From contig CAJINV010000005.1 in NCBI GenBank assembly GCA_905178155.1, positions 5,665,379 through 5,729,378 on the forward strand: 64,000 bases of DNA. Reading direction: 5' to 3'. How positions within the stretch are numbered: position 1 is the stretch's first letter; each line of letters opens with the position of its first letter. Under the pieces are notes generated by a model, which did not search any database, was not told where the DNA came from, and saw only the letters and a program-made list of their open reading frames with translations. Positions 35,701 to 45,733 of the stretch are shown piece after piece. Source of the DNA: Amoebophrya sp. A120. Lineage: Eukaryota > Protista > Dinoflagellata. The position numbers and the translations under genes were made by a program.

Positions 35701-36622
35701 CACAGGCACTGCGATTCCGGGAATGGTTGGCGTGGCGAACAACTACACGCTACGGAGAAAGTTCGGCATTCAAAGTGCGCGAACAGCAATCGAGAGAATC
35801 ACTATCGACTACCTAGGGCACAAGATCCGGATGGGGCGAGACGAGCCGGGCGAAGGAGTAGAAAAAGGGAACACGTACCGGGCTCGCTTCCCAGACGGGC
35901 GCACCGACCACCACCTGATCTACGGCAGATTGTTCACGGTCTCGGCGGGTGCGCAAGGCAACAGGCGGATGCAGCGCAGGACACTAGCCAAGCAGTGGCT
36001 CGAAATCATGGCGCGCGCGCAACTCCGGCCGGACATGACACGCAAGCAGTGGCACGAGGCGGCTACGCTCTACATTCGCAAGATTGAGGAGCAAGAGCGC
36101 CTGGCGGCGTACGCTGCGGATGGAGCAGGAAACGTCGAGAAGCGGCGCGACGAGCTGCTTGCTAGTCATGGCGTCAACGCAGGTGCGAGCGAGATACGGC
36201 TGCGGAAGAACGTACACGAAGAGGGCGAGTTGATCGCCAGCCACGCTGTTATCTCGCAGTACCGATGCCCGCACTGTTTTGTGCGTTTTCCAGACGGGGG
36301 CAGTGGCTTCAAGTCACACAAGACTAGGTGCTCCAAGGTCGATTATAGTGGTGTAGATTTTGATAATGTCATTTGTATAAGGACCTATGCAGCAGGACGA
36401 ACCCAGTTGCCATGGGGCAACCGTTGGCATTGTAAAAAGTGCGGCACTACTGGCACTGAAGGCAAGGCTACTAGTGGGCAGGGCGTTCATTGTGCATTGA
36501 AGTTGACGCAGCATGCTCAGACGTGTGACCCCGCCCAAAAGAAGGGGAGGCGGCAGGACGAGGTCCTGCAGTATATGGCTGACTTGCAGGCGTTTGATGC
36601 TGTCAACCCTATTGCTGTCTAG
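32774..36622 (+). CDS. AP-endonuclease / reverse transcriptase polyprotein with C-terminal zinc fingers
   Basis: APE motifs LTQNC, GGDFNS, TWRHPATGRWYEIDY and TDH; RT motifs NYRAIAV, QRGFR, LIDFKKAF, GMKEGGPSSP and LFADD; CPHC..H..C and CKKC..H..C. Alternative start at 32828. Confidence 0.95.
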   Translation: MLLVVISLCFLLVQHQRVMGGRRDPTRIRRPHRACNQPVAPGDWVFVLTQNCQRANFRYLEGVDQSAPLQQVQQAEKVRGVFQHIAANKAKVALLSDVQWSGARGAHIKRYEFTHGQHYVYGGGRVAIVLHKSILFAADGKSLIRPVVKFFGPRIMALFIRGTWFAVGYQPSDTVADFAELGQFLLWREKLLFATGTSSIIFGGDFNSAVSQLPRGPEDEEAGAAAAIGSAPLLEPPANPRPGHNNMRFAIDNMLCIPDTFKSIHRRGTWRHPATGRWYEIDYFYTSRQVHFGNVKTIQPKFLTDHRGKRMAVKLGLSQKDKREIRLRVMTITPSPPYEALRRDETAQTAFAAETDANLRKEQQNGGSSLASRWEKFTTVVANSATAVVPANQERGAQQYPPWLNVRKFREYKNEKEDLLYSRFLAADANERQQYNRRLRAIEKDYRAVEKLDFEDYIDRIADECQAEYGQCGRIDYARLRRTGVIFEPTAGARVRKAIPFTVEDAKKHFSKLMLRTAEVPQGFQEALERNLDQLPESVDPMWGIPDEGEIAHCVKQMKDCALGVDQIHIAHIKHLGDDSWDFLVNLVQDCFRTRTIPDAAHLVRMNALHKGKNLNPRLLDNYRAIAVATFLSKLCETILQKRLKHYLERIGFYRETATQRGFRSDCSTADLVMMLQFIADQTRTVVRESILDELVLVLIDFKKAFPSVIRELVYRILRRAGVPGTNVEFLAHFHDKATFYIMVDREPSEEWKATRGMKEGGPSSPDGYGILSEIMFRELARRLNGIKLATTGDFLSKLAAFTDEQNINPAAVRKVVALLFADDATLPTTLREAPMVESTIKDVATTFGQEVHPDKTERLLLQGPHFHYPGPRQKDGTPPIPPGFEEKVKVVGCELSTYHSAGVCLERHLKKARGAWAEWKPILLRARGRINYFKRGSLIKSNVLSHVYYNAAVRLWNERSYQEINVFINKMLRTITGTAIPGMVGVANNYTLRRKFGIQSARTAIERITIDYLGHKIRMGRDEPGEGVEKGNTYRARFPDGRTDHHLIYGRLFTVSAGAQGNRRMQRRTLAKQWLEIMARAQLRPDMTRKQWHEAATLYIRKIEEQERLAAYAADGAGNVEKRRDELLASHGVNAGASEIRLRKNVHEEGELIASHAVISQYRCPHCFVRFPDGGSGFKSHKTRCSKVDYSGVDFDNVICIRTYAAGRTQLPWGNRWHCKKCGTTGTEGKATSGQGVHCALKLTQHAQTCDPAQKKGRRQDEVLQYMADLQAFDAVNPIAV

Positions 36623-36770
36623 TTCCTAAACACGATGCTAATGCAACTTTTTTGAAAAAACTTGCTTTCTCAGTTGTTCAGAAAAAATCTCCGGTGCGTG
36701 TGTTGTTGTTCAAAGAAAATGTTAGTTTGATGATTCCAATTTGTGCGCCCATTTAAGCAAGATCTGACGC

Positions 36771-36850
36771 GTGGCGCACACACCCACGCTTGTAGTGGCG
36801 CACACACCCACTACGACTACATAGTGGCGCAAATACCCACTCCCTGTAGT
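36771..36850. repeat. Three copies of (TA)GTGGCGCA(C/A)A(C/T)ACCCAC in the LINE inter-ORF spacer
   Basis: Seen directly in sequence. Confidence 0.75.
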
Positions 36851-37039
36851 CCGTCCATGGTTCTGCTCTTCTCTTGTTTCTTCTCTGTCACTGGCCTACT
36901 GCATGTTGTTTGTTGATCGCTTGCAAATCTCGTTTTCCTGCACCCTAGCTAAAATTACTGCTGTATCTTCACCTGCTGTTGTAAGTATCTATTCCCCACC
37001 GCTGCACGACACAAAAAATCGTCTTCTCACCGTACGAAG

Positions 37040-37648
37040 ATGCAGCGTCGTGTTGAACGCATCGAGAAAGAACGATGCTTGATGGTGCAGTTCAACTCTC
37101 CGGAAATCCGCTGGCCGCGGAAAGACAATTCCCCAAATGGTGACTTTTTGACGAACTTCGACAAGGAGCAGAAGAAGACCTTCCTCCGCCTGATGGGTAC
37201 GCACTTCCAGGGTGCCCAGCCATCTCCCAAGAAGATGGAGTACCAAACCAAGGACGACGGATCGTCCGAGCTCACGGAGCTGCAGGACGACTGGTCCGAC
37301 GCCCAGAAAGCCGACTTCACCGAAAAGAAGAATGCTTTTGTCGAACTGTGGCGGTCGATTGCGGACGCCCCGGAGTTGGTCGAGTACATCAACTGGAAAA
37401 ACAACAACTGGATCCAGATCGTGTTTCACCTCGGCGAGCATCACAGTAAGGTGATGGATTTGGCCCGTGTTGTCGACAACAACCCCTACCGCAAGTACTT
37501 CAGTCGTGGTCTGAAGCTGAAGCCGATGCAGATGGGTAAGCCGAAGGATGGCGACAACGCTGGCAACGGCGGCGCCAATGGTAACGTCAAGAAGAAGGGC
37601 GGCAAGAAGGGCAAGGGGAAAAACGGGAAAAAGGGAAACGGAAAGTAA
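37040..37648 (+). CDS. 202-aa LINE-internal downstream ORF with basic K/G-rich tail (putative RNA-binding protein)
   Basis: Strong C/G third-position bias, no interruptions, lies between the RT stop and the (CAAAT)n tail; C-terminus KKKGGKKGKGKNGKKGNGK. Confidence 0.75.
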   Translation: MQRRVERIEKERCLMVQFNSPEIRWPRKDNSPNGDFLTNFDKEQKKTFLRLMGTHFQGAQPSPKKMEYQTKDDGSSELTELQDDWSDAQKADFTEKKNAFVELWRSIADAPELVEYINWKNNNWIQIVFHLGEHHSKVMDLARVVDNNPYRKYFSRGLKLKPMQMGKPKDGDNAGNGGANGNVKKKGGKKGKGKNGKKGNGK

Positions 37649-38522
37649 TGACATGATGACGCTAATTATGTCTACCTGCCAGTGCGTGAATCTCATCTAC
37701 ACTTTCTCCGACAAAATCAACCACGCGATAACGACTACCAGCAAGCACGACAGTCCTGTGCGTGATTTCGCTGGGGCGCATGTTTGAAGATTATGAAGAT
37801 TGAGAACTGGAAGAAATACATGCGTTCACAAATGAACTCCAATCACGTAATGGAGTGATGCAAACACTGATGGTGCTGCCTGGTACTACTTCAGCCAGGA
37901 GCACAAGCTGCTTGACACCTGCAGTCAAGAGCTACGACAGACAAACGCTTTGAATTACGTGCTACGCACGGCAAACAGACTGTATGTGTGCAAATCAAAT
38001 CAAATCAAATCTCACCTCGGAAAAAAAGCAGCGAGTAGAAGATCAAAATCCTCAGTGCGAAATCTTCGATGAGCCGCATTTCAAGTTTTTCCTTGTTGAT
38101 GTGGTCTACTCCCCATGACTTTTGAATTGCTCAAGCTATTCCCTTCATCGTCCTACAACAGTAGAAATGCAAGCAGCCAGATCCACTATTCTATCGCTTG
38201 ATATTGTCCACTTCTTCTTCATCCCATCGAGTTGTTAATAATAAGTAGAATCTACTCATTGCACAGATCGATTAAAACTGAAATTATTTTTACAAGAACT
38301 TGAATCCAACATCGTGTGTGCCTGTAGCGTAAAGACTTCTGAGCTGTGGTACATTGATTCTTCTACTACAATTGCCCAAGAACTAGAACCCCTCCATCAA
38401 CTACAACTCGCTTCGTAGCTTCCGGCTTGCAAAACCAAAACAGACCGTCTCTGACTACGAGCCAAAGAACTACCGAACATAGTCATAGATTAGATTCGAA
38501 GTAAAAATCGTCCACAAGAAAA

Positions 38523-41500
38523 ATGCTGACGTCCTTGTTCCTCCAGCCACTTGTGTGGCTCTTTATTACGACCTCCCCCGACCCGAATTTCTATGTTTGG
38601 GCAGCAGTAGCAGCAGCAGCAGCGTCCTCGTCCGGGGCAGTTGAGGACGCCCTCGTGGACGTCGAGACGACAGCTGCGCGCGGAAAAAGCAGGAGCGGCC
38701 GGGATGATCGTGCTAGCGGCTCTCGAATTCCTCGCCCCCGTATTGGTAGGAAAGAAATACCCAGTAAGAGTCGTACTAGAAGCAGCAAGAGCCCACTTTT
38801 GTTGACTCATAGTACCAGCATCTCCAAGAAAAACGACCTCCATGGAGCGCAAGAAGGGCTGCCCGGCACCGTGGCGCGTAGTGTTGGCAAAGTCACTTCG
38901 TCTTCTTCAAAGTCGCCTTCTTGTACGACCCCTGCGGCACAACGGGGACGATCCACAGGGCGCGGACCAGCAGCAGCACACGGTGGACCACCAGAGACGA
39001 TCCGCGAAGCGAATACTAAACCGCCCTCGAGCAGAACTACTACAACAATCCAACTGACAATCGGTCTCAGTGGGGACAAACGGCACGAAAAGCTTTATGA
39101 TTTGACAAAAACCACTGTCAATGCCTTTCTCCAAGAAAACGGCATTTCTGGCGCCTACATGGTGAAACTAGAGGGGAAATAAATATTAAGCGAGGAAAGA
39201 GCTGCTGCTAGGTTCTATTTTGAGCAGAACAAGACCTGTTGGCTCGCCACGGACCTGCTGTTCGTCCCGGGACTGCCCGATCAGTACGTAAACTTGCAGA
39301 ACGTTGGTCGGCAAGGTCGAACGGTGATTCTACCGGGAAACGCGACTTTGCAGGAGGCGATGGAAATGTGCGAAGGAGAGAGAAACGCGACCACCGGCGA
39401 ACTGTCAGACAAAAAGAAGCTCTTGTTAGCGACTAGTGCAGCTGCAGCTAGAGCTTGTTTAAATGGTAGCACATCTTCGTGGTCTACAACTTCCGGGTCT
39501 TCCTGTTGTTCCGAAGAGGTGGACCAAAATCCGGCCGAAGATAAGGCAAACGCCACTTCTCCTCCCGTCAGTATCCAGATCCCCGCGGTAAAACAGCGGG
39601 TCGACACGACCGAGCGGCTTTCTCAGTGGGTTGTCCGGTTCTTGTTTCGCGAGCAGAGTTATGAAATGTAAAAGCATCGTACTAGTAGAAATCGCATGAC
39701 AAATTCCCTCAGCATGAAAAATGGAATTTGTAGTGCGGATTTAGGTTAAGAAGGAGATTTGTAATGCATGACTGCGATTACTACGAGTGCGATACTTTTG
39801 CACAGCATAAGAGTAACAGCAACACTGCCTGCTGGGAGACGCTGCATCGCGAGCTGCGGTTGGCCGCTGAGCAGGAACGCGATAATTTTGCTTTGATGGC
39901 GGCAGCAGCTGGGGCTTCTGACGTACATGGATCATCTGCTCGTAGCAGTGCAGTAGATTTTAACAACGACGAGCAAACCGACATTGATAATACTAACACC
40001 CCGCTTCTGGATTTTCACTTCCCAAGCCCCAGAAATCTCCGAACCGAGGCGGAAGAATTCCGCTTTCCGCAGTTCGGCGCGGGTGCTGGATCCTCGAACA
40101 GGAAGCTGATCGACCTGCACAGTGCGAGAGAGGAAGCCGGAGATAACGCACACATCCACCAGCACAACAACTTGGCGCCCCTCCACATCCGCCTGCCACC
40201 CCCGGGCTTGGAAGTAGATCAAGGAGCACGGGGTGCTGGAATGCTACTACCAAGTCGCCCGAAGAACAGTGCGTTACTTATCCCGACGGAATTTTTGAGC
40301 CCACCGGCTGTACGGGGGCAAGAAGTAGATGAGCTGCTCGTGGAGCCCGGAACTTTGGAAGCCATGTTCGTCGAGCACCGACTTTCCTACGAGGATGAGA
40401 ACCATGACAGCGTGTATCTGCTGACGCTTGAACGGGAAGATGCTGAGGAGGAGGCGGAGAACGTCGACGCTTTTGATCGTAGAACAGCCCGGCGAGCTGA
40501 TCGTAGAACAGCCCGGCGAGACCACGCGGGCTGGGTTCAGCCACCTCCAACGCCGGGACCTGATCAACTTCGATTTCCAGATTTGGATTTTGACGCCTGG
40601 CTAGCGAGGAATCTTCCCGCGAAAGGGAAAGGAAAAGCGAAAGCGCTAGATCACCTGACTGAAGACAAATCGATCTCCTTCGACGCTGGGCGGGTTAATA
40701 TGGTCGACCCACAGCATCAAGACGTCGATCCTGTCGAAGTAGGATCTTCACGACCACCCGCCGACGCGTCTACCTTTTTCCCTGCTTTTTCCGACTTGCG
40801 CACGTTATTTCGCGAGGGCGGCATGTTTCACGAACTCCGGAATATCCGAAACCTCGTCTTCGGATTGCCTTTTGCGCCAGCCGGACACGACGAGAACGAA
40901 AGGTTTGAGGCCTACATCACGGCGCAGGATAGAAAAGACTTGCTCTCGACGACGTCCTCGTCCACCTACATTGACCAACAGTACCTGAACGAACTAGTGG
41001 ATGATTTCGAAGAACAGGTAATCCCGACTTTGAGCGGAATGGTGCTCGGCCGAGAACCTCTGGTCTGCCATTTGATCCAAGAGTACCTGACAAAAACAAA
41101 CTCGCATCAACGCCTCGCACTGGAATTGCTGGGGAACTTTTTGGATTTTGTCTTGAAAATAAATGTTGCCGGTACATCATCAACTGAAATTCTTGCCCGG
41201 GAGAACAAGAAACACCTGCTCCGCACGAAGAAGCTGTGCCCCACGAAACTTCCGGTTCAGGCGGGCAAGCCGTTGTTGACGGTTTTTGAAACCGTTTTAG
41301 CGTCGCAACCTCACGGCGGAGAAGACCAAAGTGCGTGGTCGAGGGTGCCCAAGCGGTTGCTGCTTTTGAAGCTTCTCGAGGACAAGCTTTTCGAGGATGA
41401 AGATCATCTGGTGGATCATCCGAAGGAGGGCGAAGTGATGTTGAAATCGACAGGACGAGCAGCGGCGCGACCAGCTAGAGGCACGGCCAGTACTAGTAGT

Positions 41501-44427
41501 ACACGTAGAACTGCTAGAAGGTCTTGCTCTCGGAACAAAGAAGGGCGCAGGAGCTCGAAGATTTCGTCGAAGCAAGGCCGCAGGAACGATCGCAGCCACT
41601 CGACTTCCTCTAGTAGAAAAAGCGCTTGCTCTTCGACAGGAGGTCGCTCGAGCCGCAGCAGCTCCGCAGATGATGCCCGGCAAACAACCGGGAAGAATCA
41701 AACCACTGTTAGTACTACCACCCCATCCGGCTTTATTGCGGCCGTGTCGCCGAAAACCTCTCATCTTGCGGACAAGATGAAAGTCAGCCTTCTACAGAAC
41801 TCCACCGTGGAACAAACATCGCCAGGCACAACTATCCGAGGACTTCCAGCGAGAATGATTTCCAGCCCGTGGGCGAGCACCACGCTCGATCTCAATCAGC
41901 CGGCCATTTGGTTTGCAAAAGCCTGGAGGGGGATTCGGCTATTCCCAAAATTGGAACCGACGAGTGACTACTTCATGCCTGTACGAGAAGCACGAGGAGG
42001 GAAGAAATCAAAGACAAGTTCTACAGAAAGAGCTGCCCAGGAGGGCTTCCTCTCCCAAGTCGACTACTTCACGGAGTTAAGCACCAACGTTTTCCAACGG
42101 TTGCTCGACTCCTCGCCAGATGCGAAAAAACTTTTCGAAACGCGCGGAACAGAGCTGGTTGCAGAGGGCCTGATGGACATGTTTCGCCCGAGGGGAGGAC
42201 GGGGAAGATTGCATCTAGAAGACGATAGTCAGAACCTCCATCAACCAGTTTTCTACTTCGCACACATCTTTTTTCTCAACGTGCTCTTCGCGGATCTGTA
42301 TCCCATCCTCGGCCACGGCCCGGACCCGGCGTTGTATTCCGTTGTGCATAAAAGAAGCAGCCAAGACGTCATTTATTTCAATGAAAAATGCCCTCATCCC
42401 CGAACTTGGGAGCATTTGTATTGCAAACCTTTCCAAATAAAACACTCGCCCTCTTGCATCTATCAACATCACAGGTTTCCAATCGTGAATAGCAAAAATT
42501 TGTATTGCAACAGACCCCAGCAAGAGCGGCGCTTGTCATGCAAGCGATGCGATACACGCCTAGACTCTGCATCAGAAGGATTCATATACATATTCCTTTC
42601 ATGCATGACAAAAAGTTTTCATTTGGCAACTTCGCACCACAAATTTTTGCAATTTCAGGGGTGGGGGGCACTTTTCACTGTAATATCATCCCGGGGGGAA
42701 TCTGTGCGGATTTGCGGCAAAGAGAGCACTTTTGCGACGGAGATCGGGCGGAGATGTTGGCGGGGGATTGTTTCGAGAGTTTTGCGAGTGACGTGGCAAG
42801 GCCGTTGCCGCAGTTCCCAATGGAAATTGATGTAAACCCGCAGGTGGAGAGTGTTGCGCAGATGATGAAAAAGCTGCATTTGAAGGTCAAGGTGGAAAAA
42901 GAAAAGAAGGAAAATGATAAACACAGTTCTTCCTCGCCTTCAGCTGGAGCCGGTGCTAGTGCTTCTTCTTCTTCGGACAGGACGCGTACTACTTGCTCGG
43001 GAACAGGAACAGGATCGGGATTTGCTGCAGCTACTTCGTCTAGAAATAAAATGGGAAGTTGTGGAGGCGTCTCCTCCAGCTCCAGCAGCTCGCCGTTATG
43101 CGGCATTTCTCCCACCAAGAAATCGACCGAACGTGGCAACACGGCCAGAAGCGCCTTTTTCTCGCTTGCAACGACTGTCGCACCGGCTGAAGACGAGAGG
43201 CCGCTTGAGATTCTCGCGGAAGATGAAAAGATGGAGGACGTTGAGGCCCTAGCCAATGACGAAATCGATGGCATGCTTGAGAACCAAGAGGAATCTTCTG
43301 CATCTGACTCCGAGAAGATGAACTACGAGGAACCGGAGCGGTCGGACGAGGAGGATATCGAAGAAGAGCCCTTCGACGACATGTTAGACCTCGGCCCAGA
43401 ACATCCATTCTGGAATCAAGGAAGACCACTTCCCGAGGACGAGCGGATGAATGCCGATGTTGACAGATGGAGAGCGCCTATTTTTAGGCTTCCTTTTCAC
43501 CTCCCGCCCGGCGGTGCAGTCAGCAACAGAACCACGCCTGGCAAAATGTGCGACCAGCTGTATTTCTCCTTGTCCGATGCGAATCTCGACCCGAGGGCAG
43601 GAGCTTCATCTACTTTGCAGCACGTGCTCTACCATCCCACATCCGGAATGCCCGTGCCGGTTGAAGAAGCCGACTTGGAAAATAGCCAAAATCCTCTCCC
43701 CCCACCCTACCACCACCCTTATACCGGAATAGACAACAGCAGTACTCTGCTAAACGCAGCTGAAAATATGCTGAAAAGAGCGGAAGTCTTGCTCCCCTAC
43801 GCTTTTCAGTGGGAGCTGCTGTTTCGCTCGATTCCCGACGTGGTCCGGGACCACCAGCCCTGGGGAAGGAGAAACGCGAGTGGAAAAGAAGTCGCGGAAG
43901 ACGTGCAAGCGAGTGGAAAATTATTGAAGCTGTTGGTGGAGACCGCGGCGCGGGTGGCGAAGGCGGAGGAGGAAAAAAAGCGGGGGGCAAGAAGTTCAAA
44001 AAAATTCGGTGGAAGTAGTAGTAGACGAGGGACATCATCATCATCTTCACAAGAGCACCACGACGACGACGAGGACAACGTCCAGCACCTCAAAAATCAC
44101 AACCAAATCAAGTACTACGTAAGCAGCTTCTTGCACGAATTGTCCGTGGCCGTCAGAGAAACGAGAGACGAAACCAACCTGCTCTGGCGGATTTGTGTTG
44201 CGCCGAGGCTACAGCTTGACAGAGGAAGTGGTAAAGAATCAGGGAAAGCACTACAAGCGCATTTGCCGGAGCACGTTCCGAGGAGGCTGCAGCTGCGGCT
44301 AGACATGCTGAATTTTATCGAAAGACATGTGTTGCAGGATAGAGGAATTGCTGCGGTGTTGATGGACGGGCACTACACAGATTCGTCGGATGGAGAAGTT
44401 GTAGCCACGTTTGCGGGTACTATTTGA
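38523..44427 (+). CDS. Large hypothetical protein with hydrophobic N-terminus, 2 introner introns and one in-frame TAA (39180-39182)
   Basis: ORFs 38523 and 39294 share a frame; joins REQS|NSNTACW and QDVI|PGGICAD restore the frame to the stop at 44427. Confidence 0.65.
39660..39809. mobile_element. Introner, family E
   Basis: Right TIR GAGTGCGATACTTTTGCACAGCATA; repeat AGAGT/AGAGT. Confidence 0.9.
42374..42685. mobile_element. Introner, family O
   Basis: TATTTCAATGAAAAATGCCCTCATCCCC / GGGGTGGGGGGCACTTTTCACTGTAATA; repeat TCATT/TCATC. Confidence 0.88.
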
Positions 44428-44457
44428 TTTTGAAGTGGCAGAAGATACTTAAAACTG

Positions 44458-45733
44458 TATCCTGAGCAAAAGTCTACCCAGGGCATAGTTGTCACGAGAA
44501 AACTTGCTTTGATTTGGTTACCAAATCACCAAAAAAAGCTCACGCATTTGGTGAGCGCCGTAGCATGCGGATTAGCATCTTATCCGTTTCCCCGTGTCGA
44601 GTTATAGACCGGGGCGGTGGAAAAAATCGCATCCCTGTCCTTTCCTTGGATGCGCAGCAGCATGCGGATTAGCTCACGGGCGTGACCCGCGAGGACAGCC
44701 ATACCATGCGGATTCAGTTTTTTTGCAAAAAGTGCCGACTTTTTTGCCCGAAAAAAGCGAAACCCGACGGCACGGCCGTGGTTTGGGTTTCGCCCACTAA
44801 ATGAATCCGCATGCTATGGGCCCCCTCGAGAGATCGGCCCAAACGCGCGAGCCGAAGGGCGCGCCATACCATCGGCAATGTGGGCACAGGCCCCCCCAAG
44901 GGGGGCCATAGCATGGCGATTCGGGCGGGCTTTTTTTTTTGTGAAGTTTTGCGATTTTTTCTGGAAAAAAACAGCAAACACGACGGCACGGCCGTGGTTT
45001 GGGATTCGCCCATTACGCGAATCCGCATGCTATGGGCCCCCTCGCAAGGTCGGGCACAAAGCGCGGGCCGGGGGGCGCGCCATGCCATCGGTTCGGGAAT
45101 GTGGGCCAGATGTGCCCATAATCAAGATGGGCGAGCTTTATGGTCAGGTCTCGCCAGATATTTGACAATATTCGGAAACACAAAACAACCAGAAAGCGAA
45201 CAGATTGCTCGCCCATCTTGATTATGGGCACATCTGGCCACAGCATGCGGGATGGCTCATTTTGGCAACGCGGCGAACTGCTTCCCCGAGTTTGTTTCAT
45301 TTTGGCAACGCATTCCCGATGGTATGGCGCGCCCCCCGGCTCGCGCGTTTGGGCCGATCTCTCGAGGGGGCCCATGGCATGCGGATTCACATAGTGGGCG
45401 AAACCCAAACCACGGCCGTGCCTTCGGGTTTCGCTTTTTTTGCGCAAAAACGTCGTCGCTTTTTGTAAAAAAACTGAATCCGCATGGTATGGCGGTCCTC
45501 GCGGGTCACGCCCCTGAGCTAATCCGCATGCTGCTGCGCATCCAAGGAAAACACAGGGACGCGACTTTTTCCGCAGCCCTGGTCTATAACTCGACACGGG
45601 GAAACGGATAAAATGCTAATCCGCATGCTACGGCGCTCACCAAATGTGTGAGCTTTTATTGGCGATTTGGCAACCAAATCGAAGCAAGTTTTCTCGTGAC
45701 AGCTATGCCCTGGGTAGACTTTTGCTCAGGATA
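44458..45733. mobile_element. Intergenic foldback non-autonomous DNA transposon with inverted arms of about 420 bp
   Basis: TATCCTGAGCAAAAGTCTACCCAGGGCATAG...CTATGCCCTGGGTAGACTTTTGCTCAGGATA; repeat AACTG/AACTG. Confidence 0.93.

Larger units (their letters stand above)
32492..38010 (+). mobile_element. Full-length RTE-like non-LTR retrotransposon (SL-headed, two ORFs)
   Basis: APE-RT ORF; (CAAAT)4 tail at 37991-38010; ATCTCACC at 32487-32494 and 38009-38016 as target-site duplication. Confidence 0.88.

Noticed and set aside
37025-37034. TCTCACCGTA identical to the LINE 5' junction, as a possible second SL relic
   Set aside because: Only 6 nt match the SL and the rest diverges, which is compatible with chance.
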